Part shown: in pieces, positions 55,561 through 64,000 of the stretch
How positions within the stretch are numbered: position 1 is the stretch's first letter
How the letters are laid out: the number at the start of each line of letters is the position of its first letter
The notes under the pieces: generated by a model
Told to the model about the DNA's origin: nothing
What the model saw: the letters and a program-made list of their open reading frames with translations, nothing else
Databases searched by the model: none
Position numbers and translations under genes: made by a program
Origin: Adineta vaga
Lineage: Eukaryota > Animalia > Rotifera
NCBI GenBank assembly: GCA_021613535.1
Contig: CP075492.1
Span: forward strand, 11,470,001 to 11,534,000
Direction: 5' to 3'
DNA length: 64,000 bases

Positions 55561-56192
55561 TATAAACAAGCCTTATTATTTATAGGCGAGATAGCTCGAA
55601 GACAATGAACTAGGTCATTTTAAATTAAACATACCTGTAGAATAAATCAAATTATGTCAGGACATCATACACCGTGTAAAAAGGCTAATTACTGATATAA
55701 TGCTAATATTTATTGTCATAAACGTTAACGGATGTTGGCCAGGTAAAGAAAGAATGCGCTCTTATGTTTAAATGTTTTTTGTTAGATAGACAGGATAAAA
55801 ACCTGGATAGGTTTGACGTGACAATCAAAATGTACCATAGCATTAATAAACAACAATAAATCATGATCGATAAAAATCGATATGTTTAGATTTGTGCAAT
55901 ATTTATCGTTCTGATGAATAAAATACATGAAGATGAAAGTGCTAAGAAATAGTACAAGATCAAGTTAAATTATTATCTCCAGATGTATCTTATGGATTAA
56001 TCAGAGTAAGTAAATAGCGCTGAACAAACAATGTCATATCGTTGATAAACAACGTACATCCGAAGTACAGCATGTGCTTTCAAATATTCTATTCTGATTA
56101 TTTTATTTCTTTAGAATAAATCCATTAATTATATGTATACATGTTATTTTTCAAGTTAATAAAGGAAGAAAAAAAAGAGCACAAATATCTAT

Positions 56193-58280
56193 TTAACTAT
56201 CCCAGGTTAATTTTGTTGCATGATACGAACGTTGTAATGATGTTTTAGTAAAACCAAGATAATCAAGTTCAGCAATACCATGAACAAATCGTGCTCTAAA
56301 AAAATATGAATTTCAAGTTTTTCATTTTCTAATTAAATGTCTTTCTTACAAAATCGTTTTATCATCATCAAGAACTTCTCGTTCTTCGACTAATGTTGCA
56401 AATGACTAAACATAAAACATAATTATATGAATATATTCTTGTAAATATTCAATAAATCTTACATCAAACCAATCATTGAGTGGAATTTTTGTACCAGATT
56501 CAGAAAAAATACGATAAAGAAATGCTAAATCTGGTATTTGTCCTTGCTTAAAATGATTTATTTCAGTTAATTCTCGAATAAACATGGCTCGAGTCATTGG
56601 TATTAATCGTTCCTGTAACAGATGATCCGTGATTTTTGTCGAAGTATTCATATTTATCGAAATAAATTCTTCGCAAATTTGTTTAAGCCAGATGAAAACT
56701 TGTTCACGATATCGATTTAATTTCCTATCACCAACTGATCGTAATGTACTACTTAATGATTGTGAATCATCAGCAATTGATTGTTGCTGTTGTTGTTGTT
56801 GTTGTTCAAGAAAAATCTTTTTTGCTAATTGACAATATCTTTTACAGAAAGAATTATTATTACAGTTATGTTCAAGAAATGAATTTAAACATGTATCAAG
56901 TTGATGAGATGTTGATGAATTCACTGATAATGTTAATTCATTGAAAATTGGAGTATTAGAAAGATACGAGCCATAGAAAGATGAACGATAACGACCAAGA
57001 GGATAATTTGGTAATTGATTACAAGAAACATACACAGCATTAAATAGACAAATATTAAGTGAATTCGTCGATTGAATATTCATATCAGAAAAAGCGATGA
57101 ACTAAAATTAGATAATAGTATTGAATAATTATGAATATGAATGAACTAACTTTCAATGCATGTTCAAGCCATGCTAATGAAAATGTTTCAAAATAACCAT
57201 TATCGACGAAATGAAGTTGTTCAGCTGTAATTGTCAATTGTTTATTTTGGTCATTTTCCGAAAGAAATAACTACGAAAGAATTTCAGATATTAACATTTT
57301 GTTTTCTATGAAAGATCAACATACAGATTTAATAATATATTCATAATATTTTCTTGCACTCGAATCATAAATTGTATCAATGGACAATTTTGATGCAATG
57401 CGACTTGATACGAGTCGTTGTAAGGAATGATCACCACCTGATAGACCCAATACAAAAGATATGGAAATAGATTTAGTTTGTAAACTAGAATTAGAATGAA
57501 GAATAGTTTTATTTATTTTTCAAAGTCTGTTTTTTAATACCTGAGTAATGTAATGAAATTTTCAAATATTGATATATTAATTGATTCAAATTCTGGAATA
57601 ATAAAAACTAATGAACGTTTCTCACTGTCTTTCAACTAAATAAATAAATAAAAATATCAATGAATTTGAAGTAAATTTGTTTGCCTATTCCAACCTCCGT
57701 ATAATTATTGATGAATTTACTTAATTGAAAAAAGACATTCTTATTCTCATTATCTTTCTCTGGATAATACTAAAAAACAAATTAATTTGATTCAAATAAG
57801 ATTCGAAACAAGAATTTATCATACTTTATTCAATTCATTTTTCGTCGTTTTTAATATATTATGAATCGATGAATATTGTTCGGAATTTTTTAATTGAATA
57901 ATAATTGAATGAAATTTACCAGATAATTGTTCTTGAAGTTCATCAAACAGATGACTATGTTCCGATATATTCGAATCTAATGATATACAAAGATTATGAA
58001 AGGTTAGAAAAAAGTTATCAGAATGAGAATACAAACCCATGCATAAAGCCATGATTGGAATATTTTCAAAACATCGTTGAGTAATTCGACGAAATTTCTC
58101 ATTCTTTTTCATAATATCAAGTACACTGGTAACTAGACGAGCATGTAATTGAGATTTAACATTGGTGAATACATTTGTGATATGATCAAGACGAGTGAGA
58201 TCAAGTTTTTCATGACATTTCTTATTTGTCGATCTTTGTGTCGTACGAGTTACAGAATGAATTTCAATAGTAGCATCCAT
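56193..58280 (-). CDS. ORC3: Origin recognition complex subunit 3 (divergent), multi-exon
   Basis: IPIMALCMG..HSHLFDEL, LVFIIPEFES, PDLAFLYRIFSESGTKIPLNDWFD, RFVHGIAELDYLGFTK...ATKLTW. Confidence 0.82.
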
Positions 58281-59352
58281 CGTTAGATATGAATATATTT
58301 TTTTATGTTAGATTGATTTTTGTTCTACTTTTAATTCACGTTCACGCAATGATATCTTTGTTCGATTCATATGACGATTCATGGAAATTATAGAAAATTG
58401 ACAACAGAGGGCGTTTTATATCAATTCTGTATATATATATATATATATCAACTTTTATTTAGAATAACATCAGAATAAACAAAAGTAAAATAGTCACAAA
58501 TGTCTGCTTGACTTTTACTTTGTTTTTCAAAATTTTTTCGAATAGATCTCGAAGTTTATCGAGTGCTGTATTGATAAGACTAGCAAGTATTTCCAAAGAT
58601 AGATTATTTAGTGTATTTAGATGTGTTCTATCAAAAAGGTGACATTCAAAATGAGAATAATATGTCGTCAAATGATTGAGCAAATGTTGTACTTTGTTCG
58701 TTAGTAGAATAAATATTGAACGATAATTTCAATCAGTGACTGCAAATATTCCAAGTTTATGTAAAAGATTGGTTCTTGATGTCCAGCAAAATCTGTATCA
58801 GCTATTCGTTCTTATTTTTCTATAGGACCAATAGGGACGACAGCATTTTGCACACGCAATGGTACATGTCTTAGCACTAATTCATACATGTGCACATTGA
58901 TCCAATGTAGTAATACTTAATCAATCATTATATTTCTTAGAAGCTGATTATTCATAGTTGTGAACAATCATATTTAGCCTTTTTTTCTATAAAACCATGA
59001 TAGAATAGTATTTATGTAAAACATATACGTTTACATAGCAAATAGTATAGGATGCGCTATTGCTCTTCGATCAGTATTACGCTGAATGATGATGAAAAAT
59101 GAAGATTTATTCGATCAGAGTGAAGTTTTCTTGTATAAAATAGGATTTATTAAAAACTTGGAAAGCGTATGAGTAAAAAATAAGTTCAAGAGATTAAAAA
59201 GCATTCTATAAAATATCCACACAACAATAAAAGCACGATGATAGAATATAAAAAAAAAGAATCTTACTGTTCAATTGATCAAACGTTTCAGTATGATCAT
59301 TGTTCTATGAATATCATGAACATAAAATATTTCACGGTATAGAATTGTTATT

Positions 59353-62222
59353 TTAAATCATATGTTTTAGAACATTTAATCGATCGTATTCGGAAATAAT
59401 TTCTGAAGGTAATTTTTCTTGTAGCATATATGCTTGGAAGAGATTGTGCGCTAATGCTGCAATTGTCACTGGTCCAACAGCACCAACAGGAGGTGTTATA
59501 AGAACACATTTATCACGAACAGAATCCATATGAACATCACCACGAATATGAGGTGGATCGTGACTAACTCCAGCATCAACAATAACCAGAGAACGATTAT
59601 CTGGAAGAAGATCACCATGAATAAGATGTGCTGAACCTGTTGCTGTAATAATAATATCAGCATAACAAAAAGCTTGGCGTAGATCGTCAGTTTGTACCGA
59701 ACAAATAGTAACCGTAGCACCACGAGCTTTACAAAGAAGACTAACAGGTTCTCCTAAAAAAGAAAACGAATTTGTCCTCCAGTCTATCATATATATTCAT
59801 CAGTGAATTTCTATCAAATAAATACTTACCAACTAATTTCGAAGAACCTACTACAACTACATTTTTACCATTTAATTTCACATCATACCAATCAAGCAAC
59901 CAAATGATTGCTTGAGCAGCACATGGAACAAATTGCGTATTAGGATACAAAAGTCCATCGATATCTTTTTGAGGATTAATCAGTTTAAGTACACGATGTT
60001 GATATTGTTTTAAATGGTCCGGAAAAGGCAATTGAACAAGAATACCATGAATATTTGGATCTTCATTCCATTGATGAATTATACGTTCTAATTTTAATCC
60101 AAACAGACTATCATTTTCATTTGGTTGCATTTGAACAATATGTGTTTTAAAATTGACTCTTTCTCGGAGACTCTTCTCTTTCATTCTTACATACAGTTCA
60201 CTCTCAGGTTTCGAACCAGCTAATAAACATCCAAGAGTTGGTGTACTTCCACCATCTAAATACATGTACTTCAGGATTTATCTTCATTGATACAAAAATA
60301 CACTTACTCTGTTGATATTTACTTTTGATTTCATTATAAATATGTGCTGCACAGGCTTGACCTTTCATCATTGTTGCTTGTTTATGACCGACTGAAAGTA
60401 AATGAAAAGGTGTTGTATTTGCCGGTACTTTCCGAACAAATTGATATCGAGCACGATTAAATTCATAGGAAACAAAGTTTTCATTCATAATCTTTATTTC
60501 ACGTTGACGACACGCTTCAGGATGACCAAATTTTGTTATATTTTCTTGACGTTTATTTGCTTTCCATTTCAAATGTTCATTAAGATTAGAAACAATGTGA
60601 TTGGATATCTTTTCTTCCACTTCATTCCATGTTGAATATGAAAAATCAGCAAAACCAGACGTAACTGCTTGTTGAGAATTCAATGGTACGAGATGATTAA
60701 CAAATGATTTCGCTTGTGATATTGATCCAAGACGAGATGGTAAATTAAATGTCCAATATTCTGAACCATATAAACCCATTGTTTTGTAATGTGGATTAAT
60801 AATGGAATTTTCCTGAATAAAAATAAAATCACCAACGAGAGACATCATAGCACCACCAGCTCCAGCATGACCTCGTAATACGGATACAATAATTCTATCC
60901 GAAAGATCAGTCATTAAATATTGAATTAAATCATCAATTGCATGGATATATGTTTGTGATTTTTCAACAGGATTTTCCGCTGCTTCGATTGTATTGAGAT
61001 CGATTCCATTAGAAAAATATCGTTGACCACCTAATAAAACCACAACTTTGATATTTGTAGACATATGTTGTCGAATCATTTGTTTCAATCGATAACATTG
61101 ATCATCACGCATAGCTCCATTATAGAATTCCCATTGAACATAACATATATCATCTTTAATGTTCACATGAATATCTTGAAATAATGGATAATTTTGTGGA
61201 AGACAAGAGATCGGTGGTAAAACTTGAGTAGCTGGTAGTTTAAATGGATTTTTTTTATCTAATGTATTCTTCAAATGTGTAATCCATATAGCATTTGAAC
61301 TATCAGCAGAACTGAGAAGAAGAGCTTGTTTATCTATTGAGAGAATAGTTTTTGGTGGTGCACGAATAGGATTTGTTAATGGTTGAACATGAGCACCAAA
61401 AAGATGTACAGGAACATCACACAAAGAATCTAAAAGACCTGGTTGAGAATCACGCGATTGAATTTTACGTGCAATTGTACTGGCAGAATCCGAAGACCAA
61501 TCAATAGCACAATCACGTTGCTTTAATGTGTTCAATGGGTGAGTTTTTAATGCAGCTAAAATAAAAGTAAATTCATATTTTCACTAATACAACATATATT
61601 CCTTACATGATTGTTCCACGCCTGGATAATTTCCGGAGAAAATCTTATGATAAATTTCTCTCAATCCTTTCATTGCTAATGTTGTTAAAATATTATAGGC
61701 ATCACTCTTTGTTGCTGTTTCTGGTAAATGTTGTTCTGTATCGAGTTTTTCTTCAGCCCACACAGGTCCAGCGTCCAGTTCTTCCACAGCTTCAAGTATG
61801 GTTACTCCCCATTCTTTAGGTCTTTCTAAAACCCATCGATCTATAGAATGTCGACCACGGTCACCAACTGGTCCGGGATGTATAATCAATGTAATATAAT
61901 TCTGATAGATTTGATTTGGAATTGGTCGAGTTAAAAATGGGCAAATAATTAAATCAGGTTTATGTATTTGAACACGTTCGAGAAGTTTCTCATTTGAATG
62001 TAACTCAATCATAACCCGACATTGAAGTGATGAAGAAAAAAGACACAAAGCTTTTTGTGACATTGTATTGTGACTGGTAACAATAAACAAAATATCAAGT
62101 GATTGTCGACCATTTTTAATCTCACGTTCTAGCATTGGCCATGCTGGATGAATATTACGTTTGAAATAATCAATATCAAATAGTTTTCGATTTAATAAAC
62201 GAACAATTTTGCCCGATTGCAT
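59353..62222 (-). CDS. HypX/HoxX (formyltransferase + crotonase-fold) fused to FolD (methylene-THF dehydrogenase/cyclohydrolase); ~896 aa, 4 exons
   Basis: Exons 62222-61607, 61555-60308, 60255-59830 and 59753-59353 total 2691 nt and splice in frame. HypX motifs: IHPGPVGDRG, WGVTILEAVEELDAGPVWA, DSQPG, FYNGAM, FSNGIDLN, GHAGAGG, NPHYKTMGLYGSEYWT. FolD motifs: SELYVRMK, GILVQLP, KDIDG, VVVGSSKLVGEP, DAG..GDV, GAVGPVT. Confidence 0.92.
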
Positions 62223-63023
62223 ACTAACTTATATCTGTAAGGAAAAAAAAATCTTTTCGATGTACTTACATAATTCTTAGTATAGATTTATGCGTTTTCT
62301 TTGAACATTAAAGAAGAGTACATTGTGAATCTCATCTAAAATTTCGTCAACTATGATGGGAAGGTTCTAGGTACTGAAGTAAAGGTGAATGAATACGGTG
62401 AATATCGATGATTATTTTTCGATGCTACTTTTGGCAATATGTTTTTGTCCGTATAAAACAAAATATTTTTGCTATATTCAAGTACTTTATTCTTAAAAAT
62501 ACATAGTTATAATAAATGCAATTCATCTTGAATAGAGTATGAATAGATTCAAAGCGCCTCCAGTAAATCAAAAATAAAAAAAAAGGTGCAATATTTGAAT
62601 TGTATATTAATTTAATAGAATTATATTTTACGTATTGAAAGGGATGCACAGCTTGGTATTTAATAAGTGGTAATTGTACGTGAATAAAATGATGCAGTTT
62701 GTAAAATAAAATCCTTGGAAAGTACAAAACTAATAACTGAGTACCTGAAATTATAATTTTTGTTTTCGTCGGAAGTATGTTCGAAGAAAATTTGATAAAA
62801 CTATTCTCATGTTCAGCAAAAGAACATGTCTGCATATAGCGTCCTCTTACTTTTAATTTATTATCATTGGTTCATATGATGTCAGTAATGAATCAATCGA
62901 TTGACAACTCATGAAGTGAAGAAGAGAAAAAAACGAAAAGAAAACAACATCTAATCATTCTAAGTGTTTGTGTAAATACGTTGATCGTGTTTTCTCTCTG
63001 TTTCGTAGAAGAATCTCATCAAA

Positions 63024-64000
63024 ATGACAAATATCAATGTTATTGAAGCTGTGCGTTCTTATATCAATCGAATGATTGAAGATTGTGGTCCAAGTATAAA
63101 AGGACTTGTTATGGATAAAGAAACGGTTTAGAAAAATTCTTCTATCTTTTGTAAAATGAACTTTTTCATGATTTTTAGGCTTCAATTGTTAGTATGGTCT
63201 ATGCTCAATCGGAAATTCTTCAAAAAGAAGTCTTTCTTTTCGAACGTATTGATATTGCCGGACAAAAATCATTGAAACATCTCAGTGCTATTTGTTTCCT
63301 ACGACCAACGGAAGAAAATATTCAATCATTAGTACGTGAATTACGTGAACCAAAGTATGGAAGTTATTTTATTTGTAAGTTTATCGATTAGTTTAATATA
63401 ACTTCTGAAAAAGCTTTGTTTCAATTTAGATTTTACAAATTTTGTTGAAATGAGTGATATCAAAATTTTAGCTGAAGCTGATGAATTTGAATGTGTTCGA
63501 GTTGTCCAAGAATTCTATGCTGATTATTTAGCAATTAATCCACATTTATATTCACTTAATATTCCACTTACTTATCAAGTAAGAAGAGATTTTCAAAGGA
63601 AATTATTTTTTTGAAATATATAAATATATTAGAAAAATTACGAATGGAATGAGAATACTCTTCGTCGAACAGTTCAAGGTCTCATGTCATTATTACTTTC
63701 ATTACGAAAGAAAAGTGCAACAATTCGTTATCAAAAATCATCAAACATGGCAAGAATATTAGCTGATAAACTGTTTGTAAGATTATTCGATTCGGAAACT
63801 TCATTTTTCAAACTTTTCTTTTCAGAGTACTTTGAAACGTCAGGTAGATTTTTCTACACCAAATCCAAATGATATTAATCAAACAATAGTATTGATTGTT
63901 GATCGACGTGAAGATGCAATAACTCCATTATTGAATCAGGTTTGTTATGAATAGAATAGATAGAACGAAAGAATGAGTTTTTCTTTTCTAGTGGACATAT
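63024..64000 (+). CDS. VPS45: Sec1/Munc18 protein VPS45, truncated by the window end
   Basis: [15 protein letters not shown]...GLVMDKET|[68 protein letters not shown]|WTY. Confidence 0.96.

Noticed and set aside
58459-58920. Leucine-rich ORF fragment between ORC3 and the HypX-FolD gene
   Set aside because: Interrupted by stops and lacking a recognisable family; at most a decayed fragment.
59353-62222. Interpreting the fusion as ALDH1L (10-formyl-THF dehydrogenase) or MTHFD1
   Set aside because: No ACP/ALDH or formyl-THF synthetase domain; the middle domain has HypX-specific crotonase motifs (FYNGAM, NPHY..MGLYGSEYWT).
62425-62835. 136-aa - strand ORF upstream of HypX-FolD as a possible partner gene
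   Set aside because: Composition is typical of AT-rich noncoding DNA; no hyp or hydrogenase motifs and no in-frame link to the fusion.

Overview
AT-rich, gene-dense eukaryotic (animal) DNA with many short (~50-75 nt) GT-AG introns. Compact spacing, acceptor-like AG sites just upstream of several start codons and intron-containing bacterial-type genes all fit a bdelloid rotifer (inference, not proven). About 30 protein-coding loci can be reconstructed: SAM-domain protein, METTL6, p23/PTGES3, Tim8, C1QBP, a secreted orphan, mL50, a bacterial-type SGNH hydrolase, SPATA4, CASC3/Barentsz, an alpha7-like nAChR, a LIN-24/aerolysin-like pore former, purple acid phosphatase, RPS26, two GT31 galactosyltransferases (one frameshifted), SLC35E3, a triple zinc-finger-like repeat protein, SoxC, AK3, an AT-hook protein, an alpha1-adrenergic-like GPCR, Na+/K+-ATPase alpha, two RING-H2 ligases, ORC3 and a truncated VPS45. 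The standout is a 4-exon, ~896-aa gene at 59353-62222 (-). It fuses a complete HypX/HoxX enzyme (the bacterial CO-producing formyltransferase plus crotonase-fold [NiFe]-hydrogenase maturase) to FolD, which makes its 10-formyl-THF substrate. This is a candidate self-contained CO or formyl-CoA generator in an animal. No rRNA, tRNA, CRISPR or intact transposon was recognised. Exon boundaries were read by eye.
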